Positions 54,055-63,330 of a stretch of DNA of 64,000 bases are shown here, piece after piece; the first letter of the stretch is position 1, and each line of letters opens with the position of its first letter. The notes beneath the pieces are model-generated. The model was not told the DNA's origin, did not search any database, and saw only the letters and a list, made by a program, of their open reading frames with translations. The DNA lies in assembly GCA_020851565.1 (NCBI GenBank), contig JADZCN010000020.1:2187-66186 (forward strand), in the 5' to 3' direction. This DNA is from Acidobacteriota bacterium. Its GTDB lineage: Bacteria; Acidobacteriota; Vicinamibacteria; Vicinamibacterales; UBA2999. The position numbers and the translations under genes were made by a program.

Positions 54055-55134
54055 TCAGCGGTGCACCAGGCGCGCGGGATCGGCATAGTGCACGAGGAGC
54101 AGGTCGCTTTGTCGAATCGCGGACTCGAGCAGGGGCCGATCGAGCGGGCGCGCGGCGCGCGCGCACAGGCGGGCGGCTTCGACCTGCAGCACGCTTCGTG
54201 CGATAGCCACGCCGCGGACCACGTCCCGCGGCCCGTCACCCAGGTACATCGCCCATGACGCGTGCACCTTGGCGGCCAGGTACCGGCCCACGACGGGAGC
54301 CCACGAGGGCCACACCGGGGCTACCCAGCGGGCCCAGGCCTGGTCCACGTCCGGCGGCGCGTCTGGCCACGCGAGCGCTACGGGCACCGCGTTCCGTGCG
54401 TGTGTGAAGAGCGCCAGGTCGGGTGGACCCGGCACGCGCGCGTCGGATGCGACAGCACGGACGGTGCGCCGCTCCCAGCGGGAGACCGCGTCCCAGCCCA
54501 TCAGGCGCGGCCGGCTCGCGCGTGGCCGCTCTGCCTTGTCTGCAGCCCCTACGTCATCTGCCTCATCTGCGTCATCTGCGTCATCTGCGGCTTCTGCGTC
54601 CTCTGCGGCTTCTGCGTCATCTGCGGCTTCTGCGTCCCCATCCGTGTCCGCGTCGGCGTCCATCTCCGTCGGCGGAAGCGACTCCCCCGCGTCGAGCCCC
54701 TCGGCGTCCCGGTTGCCGGGCACGACCGGTGGCCCCTCGACGATCTCCGGCACGCCGTCGCGGAACAGCAGGCTCGCGGCCGTTGGGCAATAGTGCGACA
54801 ACGTGACGTGAACGCCGCGTGCATCGGTTACGCAGACGTGCGGGAAGTGCTCGCAGGAGCTGGGGCGGGCGCCGTAGATGGCACAGCCGGACGGCCCGTG
54901 GAACACGCAGTCGCCATCGGGGCGGTGTGCCAGGATGCCCGCGACGTCGTCCGGGGCGTGCGGGGCCGGCTCGAGCCAGGCTGCGACGGGCGGCCGCACG
55001 CGGCTCTCGTCGATGGCGCGCTGCACGAGCGAGCCCCGATCGCGCTCGATCGGAATGGGCCACCGCGACGAGCAGCACGCCCCCGAGTGCCGGCACGCGT
55101 AGCCAACGTGCGTGCTCAGCCAGTAGGTCTGCAT
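54055..55134 (-). CDS. YkgJ/UPF0153-like Cys-cluster protein with acidic low-complexity insert
   Basis: Start MQTYWLSTHVGYACRHSGACCS. DCVFHGPSGCAIYGARPSSCEHFP. Central DADADTDGDAEAADDAEAAEDAEAADDADDADEADD. Confidence 0.7.
   Translation of the reverse strand: MQTYWLSTHVGYACRHSGACCSSRWPIPIERDRGSLVQRAIDESRVRPPVAAWLEPAPHAPDDVAGILAHRPDGDCVFHGPSGCAIYGARPSSCEHFPHVCVTDARGVHVTLSHYCPTAASLLFRDGVPEIVEGPPVVPGNRDAEGLDAGESLPPTEMDADADTDGDAEAADDAEAAEDAEAADDADDADEADDVGAADKAERPRASRPRLMGWDAVSRWERRTVRAVASDARVPGPPDLALFTHARNAVPVALAWPDAPPDVDQAWARWVAPVWPSWAPVVGRYLAAKVHASWAMYLGDGPRDVVRGVAIARSVLQVEAARLCARAARPLDRPLLESAIRQSDLLLVHYADPARLVHR
54553..54633 (-). repeat. in-frame 9-nt coding microsatellite (9 units)
   Basis: Plus strand gtcatctgc ctcatctgc gtcatctgc gtcatctgc ggcttctgc gtcctctgc ggcttctgc gtcatctgc ggcttctgc. 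Encodes the (A-D/E-D/A) run. Confidence 0.9.
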
Positions 55135-55143
55135 CCGGAAAAC

Positions 55144-55336
55144 AAAACCACGAAGACACGAAGGGCTACGAAGGACACGAAGACTACGTCTCAACAGAAC
55201 CCGGGAACCTCAGAACCCGGGAACCTCAGAACCCGGGAACCTCAGAACCCGAGAACCCGAGAACCCGAGAACCCCAGAACCTAGGACCCTTGTCTTTCTT
55301 GGGGCCGTCCTCGTGTCCTTCGTGTCGTCGTGGTTT
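55144..55336. repeat. composite spacer: inverted CACGAAG arrays flanking a GAACCC array
   Basis: 55144-55188 aaaaccacgaagacacgaagggctacgaaggacacgaagactacg. 55197-55281 (GAACCCGGGAACCTCA)x3 then (GAACCCGA)x3. 55307-55336 gtcctcgtgtccttcgtgtcgtcgtggttt is the reverse complement of the left array. Confidence 0.9.
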
Positions 55337-55338
55337 CC

Positions 55339-57363
55339 CTATTTCCTCACCCCTGAGTACTCGAGCATCTGCGTCGTCAGGTCCATCGGATAGGAGATGG
55401 TGACGTCGGTGATCTGACCGTCCGGCCCCGTGACCGGCGTCAGCTTCGGCATCACGAAGCCGGAGTAGGACGGGAGGTCCAGCTTGTCCACGCGCGCCAC
55501 GACCTCGTCGCGCACCTTGGGGTCGAAGTGTACGCCGTGGGCCTCGAAGAGGTCCCGCGCGGCGGCGTAGTCACCCTCGGACTTGATGCGCTGCACCTCG
55601 GCGAGGAGCCGGCCGACGCCCTCGCGGAACGCGGCTGGATCGACCATCACGAGGTAGGTCTTGCCGTCGCGCGTGCGCTGCTCGATCGCCTTCGTGTTGG
55701 CCATCAGCCACCGGACGATCATCTGCCGGTTGCGCATGTGGTCCTCCTCGATCTGCGTGCCCTCGCGGATGCGGCGCAGCTGCACCAGCGCGTTGCGGGT
55801 GTAGGCCTCGTACTCCGCGCGCACGACGGCGTCGTGATCCGCGGCCGGAATGATGCCCAGCTCCACCAGCTTCGGATCCGCGATGAAGTACAGCCCCACC
55901 AGATCGGCACGGCCCTCCTCGAGCGCGGAGAAGTGTTCCTTGATGAGCGCCTGCGGCGCCGCCTTGCCCTCGGCCTGGCGGCCCGAGGCGTGCCCGATCA
56001 CCTCGTGCATGTCGGTGGTGAGCGCCGAGGCGAATGCCCCGAACTTCGCGGACCGCTCCACTTCCTCGGGCGTCCACGAGAACTCGCCGCGCATGGAACC
56101 CGGCGTGGACTGATCGTACGCCTCGATCACGTTCGACAGCGCCACCGACTTGCTGCCGTACTTCTCGCGGATGGCCTGGTCGTTCGGCAGGTTGATGCCG
56201 ATCGGCGTCACCGGGCCGGAATCCCCCGTCTCCACCACCACGTCAATCGCGTTGGCGACGATGCCCTGGACGCTGGGCTTCCGGTACTTCGCGTCCCACG
56301 GCATGCGGTCCTCGAACCACTGCGCGTTGGCCGCGAGGGTCTTGATGCGGGCCGTCTTCTCCTGGTTCACGTAGTAGACCAGGCCCTCCCAGCTGCCCTT
56401 GATGCCGCGCGGGTCCATGTAGACCTCGATAAATCCGTTGATGGTGTCCACCGGCGAGTCCTTGTCCTGCACCCACGCGATGTCGAACTGCTCGCGATCG
56501 CGCACCTCGCCCGTCCGGTAGAAGCGCACGAGTGACGCCAGGGCCCTGACCATCGGCTCGGGAGCGTACGGCTGCGCGTTCTCCAGGTGCGCGATGATCT
56601 CGCTTATCTGCTTCCCGTACAAGCCGTCGGCCTTGTAGACCTCCTCGACGAGCTTGCCGTTGCGCATCACCAGGCGCGAGTTCAGGCCGTACTGCTCCCT
56701 GAAGCCCTCGAGATCCGCCATCGACACCCCGGCGTAGAGGTTGTTGGCGCTGGCCTGCAGGATGTCCCGGCCCGCCCCGGGATTCTTGTTGGTGACGATG
56801 GGGTCCACGTTCGGGTCGAAGAACATCGGCCCGAGCCGCGCGAGCATGGTATCGAGCGTCTCGCCGGCCGGCGTGGCGAACGTCGCACCCGCGGTCGCCG
56901 AGGCCTTCGCGGCCGCGAGGAAGGCGTCGGGCGTGCACTTCAGCACGAACTTGCGCGCGGTGAGGTTGTTGTAGGGCCCGTTGTTCAGCCAGAAGAGCTT
57001 CGTGTAGCGCTGAATCTCGGCCAGCGTGGCCGGATCCACGCCGGCGGGGTGGGCGACGATTTGGTCCAGCACGCCGCGCATCTCGAGCGCGCTCGGGTGC
57101 TTCTGGTCGATGAAGATGTCGCGTCCCGCCAGGGCGGCCTGGTAGAGGTGCCAGACGAGGATCTTCTGCTGAAGGGGGAGGGAGCTGAACCCGTCCGCAT
57201 ACAGCTGCACCACCGCCGCGTCGTCCACGCGTTCGAGCAGGTACGTGCGGTCCGCGGTGGAGCTGGCGGCAGGAGCGTTGGACGCCGGGAGCTCGGTGGG
57301 CGCCGGGTTGGAGCACGCGGACGCCAGGAGGGCGGCCGCGAGGATGACGGCAGTGACTCGCAT
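55339..57363 (-). CDS. M49 (dipeptidyl-peptidase III-like) zinc peptidase, lipoprotein
   Basis: Lipobox AALLASACS. Zinc motifs HEVIGH and EEGRAD. 674 aa. Confidence 0.8.
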   Translation of the reverse strand: MRVTAVILAAALLASACSNPAPTELPASNAPAASSTADRTYLLERVDDAAVVQLYADGFSSLPLQQKILVWHLYQAALAGRDIFIDQKHPSALEMRGVLDQIVAHPAGVDPATLAEIQRYTKLFWLNNGPYNNLTARKFVLKCTPDAFLAAAKASATAGATFATPAGETLDTMLARLGPMFFDPNVDPIVTNKNPGAGRDILQASANNLYAGVSMADLEGFREQYGLNSRLVMRNGKLVEEVYKADGLYGKQISEIIAHLENAQPYAPEPMVRALASLVRFYRTGEVRDREQFDIAWVQDKDSPVDTINGFIEVYMDPRGIKGSWEGLVYYVNQEKTARIKTLAANAQWFEDRMPWDAKYRKPSVQGIVANAIDVVVETGDSGPVTPIGINLPNDQAIREKYGSKSVALSNVIEAYDQSTPGSMRGEFSWTPEEVERSAKFGAFASALTTDMHEVIGHASGRQAEGKAAPQALIKEHFSALEEGRADLVGLYFIADPKLVELGIIPAADHDAVVRAEYEAYTRNALVQLRRIREGTQIEEDHMRNRQMIVRWLMANTKAIEQRTRDGKTYLVMVDPAAFREGVGRLLAEVQRIKSEGDYAAARDLFEAHGVHFDPKVRDEVVARVDKLDLPSYSGFVMPKLTPVTGPDGQITDVTISYPMDLTTQMLEYSGVRK

Positions 57364-57465
57364 CCGTCAAGTGTAACGGGGACTGGCGCCGGGCCGTCGG
57401 AGAAGGCTCCGGGCGGGGGAACGGCGGTAGATCAGGACCGTGGGGTGCGGCAGAATGACAGAACC

Positions 57466-58224
57466 GTGATCGCCACCCTGCTGCTCGTCCTCGCCAGTCC
57501 CGCCGCCGACGCGACTTTACAATTGTCACAGGGACTGTCCCTGTCACAGTTCGTCACCGGGCTGCAGCAGGCGGCTTCGCGCAACGACCGCCGCGCGGTG
57601 GCCGCGATGATGCGCTATCCGCTCGACGTGACCGCGGCGGGCCTGCAGATTCCCGTCGCGGACGCCCGGGCCTTCGAGAGCCTCTACGACTCGATCATGA
57701 CGCCGGCGATGAAGGCCGTGATCGCGCGCGCGCGTGTGCCCGCCGACGACAAGCCGCGCCCCGACGTCATCAGGCTCCAGGGCGGCGGCATCGCATTCGA
57801 GAACGCCCTGACCATTTCGCCGGTTGCCGGCGGATTCAAGGTAACGCGGCTGGCGGTGCCCGTGACGCCTGCCTCCGGCGGGACCGCCGCCGGCGCAGCC
57901 ACGCCGCGACGCCTCACGTTCCGCGTCGGACGGCCCACACAGGTCAGCGGCTCGCTCGATCCCGGCGGGACGGACCGCTACGAGTTCCACGCCGCGCAGG
58001 GCGCTTTTCTCGACGTGCGGCTCACCGGCGTGCCCGGGCGCTCAGTCCTCATCCGCATGCTGGACAGCAAGACCGGCAAGCCCGTGGACGCACGCGCCGA
58101 CACGGGCACGCGGGTGTGGACCGGGCGCGTGAGCGCAACGTCCACGTACACCATCGAGGTGGCGCGGCAGTCGGACTCGGGCACCGGGACGCTCATCTAT
58201 ACGCTGGCGGTGGGGATCAAATAG
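57466..58224 (+). CDS. hypothetical exported protein with PPC-like C-terminal beta-sandwich
   Basis: GTG 57466 (alternative GTG 57445). Signal IATLLLVLASPAADA. C-terminal GSLDPGGTDRYEFHAAQGAFLDVRLTG resembles pre-peptidase C-terminal domains. Confidence 0.55.
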   Translation: MIATLLLVLASPAADATLQLSQGLSLSQFVTGLQQAASRNDRRAVAAMMRYPLDVTAAGLQIPVADARAFESLYDSIMTPAMKAVIARARVPADDKPRPDVIRLQGGGIAFENALTISPVAGGFKVTRLAVPVTPASGGTAAGAATPRRLTFRVGRPTQVSGSLDPGGTDRYEFHAAQGAFLDVRLTGVPGRSVLIRMLDSKTGKPVDARADTGTRVWTGRVSATSTYTIEVARQSDSGTGTLIYTLAVGIK

Positions 58225-58293
58225 GTTCTCGGGTTCTCGGGTTCGGGGGTTCTCGGGTTCTCGGGTTCTCGGGTTCGGGGGTTCGGGGGTTCC
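58224..58293. repeat. GGGTTCTC / GGGGGTTC tandem array (~9 units)
   Basis: ggttctcgggttctcgggttcgggggttctcgggttctcgggttctcgggttcgggggttcgggggttccc starts at the stop codon. Confidence 0.9.
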
Positions 58294-58353
58294 CGTGTCG
58301 GCCACTGGTACCGCGATAAGATTCCGGCCGGCGCAATTCCCCAGGAGCCCTCG

Positions 58354-59421
58354 ATGACCACTCGCCTCCAGCCTCTCGATCACCTCAGGCGTGGGTCGCT
58401 CGCCCTCGCGCTCGCCGTGACGGGGGGCTGCACGCCGACGGCCACACCGCCTTCGGCGCCCGCGACGGCGGCGGGCTACTTCGACAACACCGGCCGCACA
58501 GACGTCCTGAGCGGCGGCGTCCGGATGATTCCCATCACCACTCCAAAGGGCACCTTCAAGGTGTGGACGAAACGCATAGGCAACAATCCGCGCATCAAGG
58601 TGCTGCTGCTGCACGGCGGACCGGGCGCCACGCACGAGTACTTCGAAGCCGCCGACAGCTTCTTCCCCGCCGCGGGCGTCGAGTACTACTACTACGACCA
58701 ACTCGGCTCGGCCTACAGCGACCAGCCGAAGGACGCCGACCTCTGGAACATTCCCCGCTTCGTGGACGAAGTGGAGCAGGTCCGGCAGGCGCTCGGCCTC
58801 GGACCTGACAACTTCTATCTGCTCGGGCACTCCTGGGGCGGCATCCTCGCCATGGAGTACGCCCTCGCGCACCAGCAGCAGCTGAAAGGGCTCGTCATCT
58901 CGAACATGATGGCCAGCATCCCCGCCTACAACGCGTACGCCGCGCAGGTGCTGATGCCGGCGATGGACCAGAAGGCGCTGGCTGAGATCAAGGCCCTCGA
59001 GGCGAAGGGGGATTTCCAGAATCCCCGCTACATGGAGCTGCTCGTCCCGCACTACTACGTCGATCACATCCTGCGCATGCCGCCGGACCAGTGGCCCGAT
59101 CCGGTCGATCGGGCGTTTGCGAAGATCAACCAGGACATCTACGTGCGGATGCAGGGGCCGAGCGAGATGGGCGCCAGCGGCCTGCTGGAGAAGTGGGATC
59201 GCACCGCCGATCTGCCCCGAATCACCGTGCCCACCCTCGCGATTGGCGCGCGGCACGACACGATGGACCCGAAGGCCATGGAGGCCATCGCGAAGGCCGT
59301 GGCCCGCGGGCGGTATCTCTATTGCCCGAACGGCAGCCACATGGCGATGTACGACGACCAGCAGACGTACTTCGCGGGCGTGACCGCATTTCTGAAGGAC
59401 GTGGACAGCGGAGTCTTCTGA
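58354..59421 (+). CDS. proline iminopeptidase-family alpha/beta hydrolase, lipoprotein
   Basis: Lipobox LAVTGGCT. LLHGGPG. Nucleophile elbow GHSWGG. Confidence 0.85.
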   Translation: MTTRLQPLDHLRRGSLALALAVTGGCTPTATPPSAPATAAGYFDNTGRTDVLSGGVRMIPITTPKGTFKVWTKRIGNNPRIKVLLLHGGPGATHEYFEAADSFFPAAGVEYYYYDQLGSAYSDQPKDADLWNIPRFVDEVEQVRQALGLGPDNFYLLGHSWGGILAMEYALAHQQQLKGLVISNMMASIPAYNAYAAQVLMPAMDQKALAEIKALEAKGDFQNPRYMELLVPHYYVDHILRMPPDQWPDPVDRAFAKINQDIYVRMQGPSEMGASGLLEKWDRTADLPRITVPTLAIGARHDTMDPKAMEAIAKAVARGRYLYCPNGSHMAMYDDQQTYFAGVTAFLKDVDSGVF

Positions 59422-59487
59422 CGCACTCACCGCCCGGCTGAAACTTCCCCTGTCCCGCCTCCGTAGGTTAAGCGAGGGGGCAGGCAG

Positions 59488-61962
59488 ATGGGTGAGTTCC
59501 TCGGGGATCTGAAGGTCGGCGTGCGACAGCTCGTCCGGCGGCCGGGCTTTGCGGCGGCGGCCATCGCCACACTGGCCCTCGGCGTCGGGCTGAATACAAC
59601 ACTCTTCAGCGTCGTCAACGCGATGCTGTTCCGCGAGTCTGCGGTGTCCGACCCCGGACGCCTGGTGGAAATCTACTCGGGCGTCAGCCAGGACATTCCA
59701 CAGTTCAGCACCTCCTACCCCGACTTCGCGGCCATCCGCGAGGGGGCCCCGGCCCTGTCGGGTGTGGCCGGCCATGCGTTCGTGCGCGGCATCCTCACCA
59801 TCGACAGCCGCCCGGTGCTGACCACGGGTGAGGCCGTCACCGACGGGTACTTCGAAGTACTGGGAGTGCGGCTCGCCCATGGGCGGTCCATCTCCGCGGA
59901 GGACAACGCCAATGCCGGCTCGGCACCCGTCATCGTGCTCAGCCACGGCATGTGGCAGCGCAGGCTCGGCGGCCGTGCCGACATCGTGGGCACGTCGATT
60001 CGCCTCAGCGGCGTGCCCTACACCGTCATCGGCATCGCGCCCCCGGCGTTCGTGGGCACGATGCCTGGCCTCGCGCCGGAGTTCTGGGTTCCGGCGGTCC
60101 ACGTCGATCGGCTCGCGGTCTCGGGCCCCACGGCCTCGACGGGACCCGCATCGGGCCGCCCGCGCCTCGAGCAACGGGGGGCGCGATGGCTCTTCGTCAA
60201 GGGCCGCCTGGCGGAGGGCGCCACGGTGGAGCAGGCGCGCGCCCAGATCGAGACGATCTTCGCGCGCCTCCGTGCTGATCATCCCGACACCAACGAGAAG
60301 GTGACGTCGAGCGTCGTCCCCATCACGTCCATTCGCTTCCACCCCATATTGGACGGCTACGTGCGTGCGGCCAGCGCGATGCTGATGGTTGCGGTCGGCC
60401 TCGTCCTGCTCGTGGCGTGCGCCAACGTGGCGGGCATGCTGCTGGCGCGGGGCGCCGCGCGGCGGCGGGAACTGGCCATCCGCGCCGCGGTCGGCGCGGG
60501 GCGCGGACGCCTGCTGCGGCAACTGCTCACCGAGAACCTCGTGCTGGCCGTCACCGGCGGCGCCCTCGGCACGCTCGTCGCCTGGTGGGCTGGACGAGCC
60601 CTCACGAGCGTCGGCGCCGAAGCCCTGCCCATGGGCATCTCGTTCGACTTCACGACCGACACGACGGTGCTGGCCTTCTCTGCGCTGGCGACCGGTGCGG
60701 CCGCCCTGGCCGCCGGCCTCGCGCCGGCGTGGTCGGCCTCGACTCCCGAGCTGGTGCCCGCACTCAAGGACGACGCCGGCGCCGGGCCGCGCCGCCGGCT
60801 CGCGCTGCGCGATGCGCTGGTTGTCGGACAGCTCGCCCTCTCGCTCGTCCTGCTGGTGGCGGGCGCGCTGCTCGGGCGCGGCCTCCTCGCCGCCCGCAAT
60901 ACCGACGCCGGCTTCGACGCCGGCCACGTGGCCCTGCTCTCGTTCAACCTGCAGATGAACGGCTACGACGTCGAGCGGGCCACCGCGTTTCGCGATCGCG
61001 CAGTGCAGGCGCTTCGCGCGCTCCCCGGCGTCGCGGCGGTCTCACAGGCATCACGCCTGCCGCTCGCGCCCGACATCACGATGGAAGCGATCCGCGTCCA
61101 GGGCCATCACGCGCCGGAGGACGAGCCCACGCCCATCGATGGCGCCCACGTCGGCACCGACTACTTCACCGTCGTGGGCGTGCCCATCGTCGAGGGCCGC
61201 GCATTCTCGGCCGACGACGAGGCACAGGGCCGGCGCGTCACGATCGTGAACGAGACGATGGCGAGGCAGTACTGGCCCGGCCAGTCGGCCATCGGCCAGC
61301 GGATCTACCCCGATGGCTACGATCAGCCGGCCCTCGAGGTCGTCGGCGTGGCGCGGGATCACAAGGTTCGCTCCGTCGGTGAGGCGCCGCAGCCCTACAT
61401 GCACCTGATACCGACCCGCAGCCAGGACATCAGCCTCGCGGTCCGCACCAGCGCGCCAGCGGCCGGCGCGCTGCCCATGCTGCGACAGGCCCTGTGGGCC
61501 ATGGAGCCGGACATCATCTTCACGGAGGACGTGGCGGCCACCGAGGTCGTGGCCACGACCATGGCGCCGACGCGCATCGGCGCACTGTTGATGGCCGCCT
61601 TTGGCGGCCTGGCCCTGCTGCTCGCCGCCGTCGGCCTCTACGGCGTGGTCGCCTACGCGGTCAGCCTGCGGACACGTGAAGTGGGAATCCGCATGGCCGT
61701 CGGCGCCGAGCGCGGCCAGGTCCTCTGGATGATCCTGCGCCAGGGCGGCCGGCTTGCGCTGGTTGGCGTGGCGCTGGGTGCCCTGCTGGCGGCGGGGGTT
61801 GGGCGCCTCCTCGGCTCGCTGCTCTACGGGGTCAGCGGCTTCGATCCGGTCGCCTACGGAGCCGCCGCGGCGGTCCTGATGGCGGTCGCCACGCTGGCCA
61901 ACCTGGTTCCCGCCTTCGGCGCGTCACGGATTGATCCGCTGCGTGCCCTGCGGAACGAGTAG
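59488..61962 (+). CDS. ADOP family duplicated MacB-like ABC permease (no prefix domain, no adjacent regulator or ATPase)
   Basis: MGEFLGDLKVGVRQLVRRPGFAAAAIATLALGVG, then two MacB_PCD+FtsX halves. 824 aa. Confidence 0.9.
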   Translation: MGEFLGDLKVGVRQLVRRPGFAAAAIATLALGVGLNTTLFSVVNAMLFRESAVSDPGRLVEIYSGVSQDIPQFSTSYPDFAAIREGAPALSGVAGHAFVRGILTIDSRPVLTTGEAVTDGYFEVLGVRLAHGRSISAEDNANAGSAPVIVLSHGMWQRRLGGRADIVGTSIRLSGVPYTVIGIAPPAFVGTMPGLAPEFWVPAVHVDRLAVSGPTASTGPASGRPRLEQRGARWLFVKGRLAEGATVEQARAQIETIFARLRADHPDTNEKVTSSVVPITSIRFHPILDGYVRAASAMLMVAVGLVLLVACANVAGMLLARGAARRRELAIRAAVGAGRGRLLRQLLTENLVLAVTGGALGTLVAWWAGRALTSVGAEALPMGISFDFTTDTTVLAFSALATGAAALAAGLAPAWSASTPELVPALKDDAGAGPRRRLALRDALVVGQLALSLVLLVAGALLGRGLLAARNTDAGFDAGHVALLSFNLQMNGYDVERATAFRDRAVQALRALPGVAAVSQASRLPLAPDITMEAIRVQGHHAPEDEPTPIDGAHVGTDYFTVVGVPIVEGRAFSADDEAQGRRVTIVNETMARQYWPGQSAIGQRIYPDGYDQPALEVVGVARDHKVRSVGEAPQPYMHLIPTRSQDISLAVRTSAPAAGALPMLRQALWAMEPDIIFTEDVAATEVVATTMAPTRIGALLMAAFGGLALLLAAVGLYGVVAYAVSLRTREVGIRMAVGAERGQVLWMILRQGGRLALVGVALGALLAAGVGRLLGSLLYGVSGFDPVAYGAAAAVLMAVATLANLVPAFGASRIDPLRALRNE

Positions 61963-62011
61963 GAGTGAAGTAGCATGAGCGGCGCCGCGCGTTGCGGCAG
62001 GGAGCCCGCTC

Positions 62012-63253
62012 ATGATTACCAGGCGCGATTTCGTGAAGTCCGCCACGGCCTCGCTGGCCGCGGCCACTGCCCTGCCCGGCCCGGCCGATGCGGCGACCGC
62101 TGACGCGGATGCCGACGCCGCAAGTTCCGCTGGCATTCTCATCCAGCGCACGGTCCGCCCTGTCGTCATCTCCGACTACTCCGGCTTCGAGTTCAGGAAC
62201 GGCGGCACCGAGAACGCCGTCGAGCGCGCCTTCCGCCTGATCACCGAGGGCCGGGACGTGCTCGACGCGCTCGTCGCCGGCGTCAACATCCCGGAGCTGG
62301 ATCCACTGGAGACCGGCATCGGCTACGGCGCGCTGCCCAATGCCAATGGCGTCGTGGAGCTGGACGCATCGTGCATGCACGGCCCCACGAAGCGCGCGGG
62401 CGCGGTGGCGGGCATCGAAGGCGTCCGCACGCCCTCGCTGGTGGCGAAGGCCGTGATGGAGAACACCGATCATCACCTGCTGGTGGGGAGAGGCGCGCGC
62501 GCCTTCGCGCAGGCCATGGGGTTCAAGGTCGAGGAGGACCTCAACACCGAGAACTCACGCAAGCTCTGGCTCGAGTGGAAACGCCGAGTGGATCCCGAAC
62601 ACTGGCTGAATCCGAAGGGTGAGGGCCGCAAACCGAGAGACCGGCACGAGAAGGATCCCGGCGACGGCGCCGGGCTGCAGGTGTGGGCGCACGTCCTCTA
62701 CGACCCGACGTGGGATGCCCGGGCACTGGCGGCAGGCCGATCGATGGTGCGTGACGGGCTCATCCGTGAAGGCAGCTTCTGGGGCACCATCAACTGCGAC
62801 GGCATCGGCCCCAACGGCGACATCTGCGGCGTCACGACGACGAGCGGCCTGGCGTGGAAGATCCCCGGGCGCACGGGCGACTCGCCCATCCTGGGCGCGG
62901 GGCTCTACGTGGACAACGAGGTGGGCGCGGCGGGCTCCACCGGCCGCGGCGAGGCGAACCTCTACAACCTGTCGTCCTTCCTCATCGTCGAGGCGATGCG
63001 GCGCGGCCTGTCGCCGAAGGATGCGGGGATGGAGGCGCTGAAGCGCATCAAGGCGAACACCATCGAGAAGCGGCTGCTCAACTCGAAGGGGAATCCCAAC
63101 TTCAACATCCGGTTCTTCGCGTTGAACAAGCGAGGCGAGTACGCCGGCGTCGCGATGTACCGCGCCGGCGAGACGAAGTACGCCGTCTGCACGGAGAACG
63201 GCGCGCAGGCGCTCGAACTCGAGCCCTTGCTGCCGGGCGCGCCGGAAGACTGA
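62012..63253 (+). CDS. Tat-exported Ntn-hydrolase, glycosylasparaginase-like (paralogue of 48153-49265 with ~40-aa insertion)
   Basis: Tat signal MITRRDFVKSATASLAAA. Collinear with the 48153 protein (GVNIPELDP, SCMHGPTKRAG, FWGTINCDG, GAAGSTGRGEANL) apart from the insert GEGRKPRDRHEKDPGDGAGLQVWAHVLYDPTWDARALAAG. Confidence 0.85.
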   Translation: MITRRDFVKSATASLAAATALPGPADAATADADADAASSAGILIQRTVRPVVISDYSGFEFRNGGTENAVERAFRLITEGRDVLDALVAGVNIPELDPLETGIGYGALPNANGVVELDASCMHGPTKRAGAVAGIEGVRTPSLVAKAVMENTDHHLLVGRGARAFAQAMGFKVEEDLNTENSRKLWLEWKRRVDPEHWLNPKGEGRKPRDRHEKDPGDGAGLQVWAHVLYDPTWDARALAAGRSMVRDGLIREGSFWGTINCDGIGPNGDICGVTTTSGLAWKIPGRTGDSPILGAGLYVDNEVGAAGSTGRGEANLYNLSSFLIVEAMRRGLSPKDAGMEALKRIKANTIEKRLLNSKGNPNFNIRFFALNKRGEYAGVAMYRAGETKYAVCTENGAQALELEPLLPGAPED

Positions 63254-63330
63254 ACGCAATTGGGCTGCGGGCAAGCCGCAGATGGCGTCGATAGGCAGGG
63301 CCGCAGAGGGAACCAGGCCAACGAGCCGCG

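Noticed and set aside
54262-55284. A 340-aa ORF ending in PGTSEPGNLRTREPQNPRTREPENPRT as a proline-rich repeat protein
   Set aside because: It is antisense to the YkgJ-like gene, and its tail is just the translated GAACCC intergenic array. Similar repeat-derived peptides appear in any frame of the other arrays.
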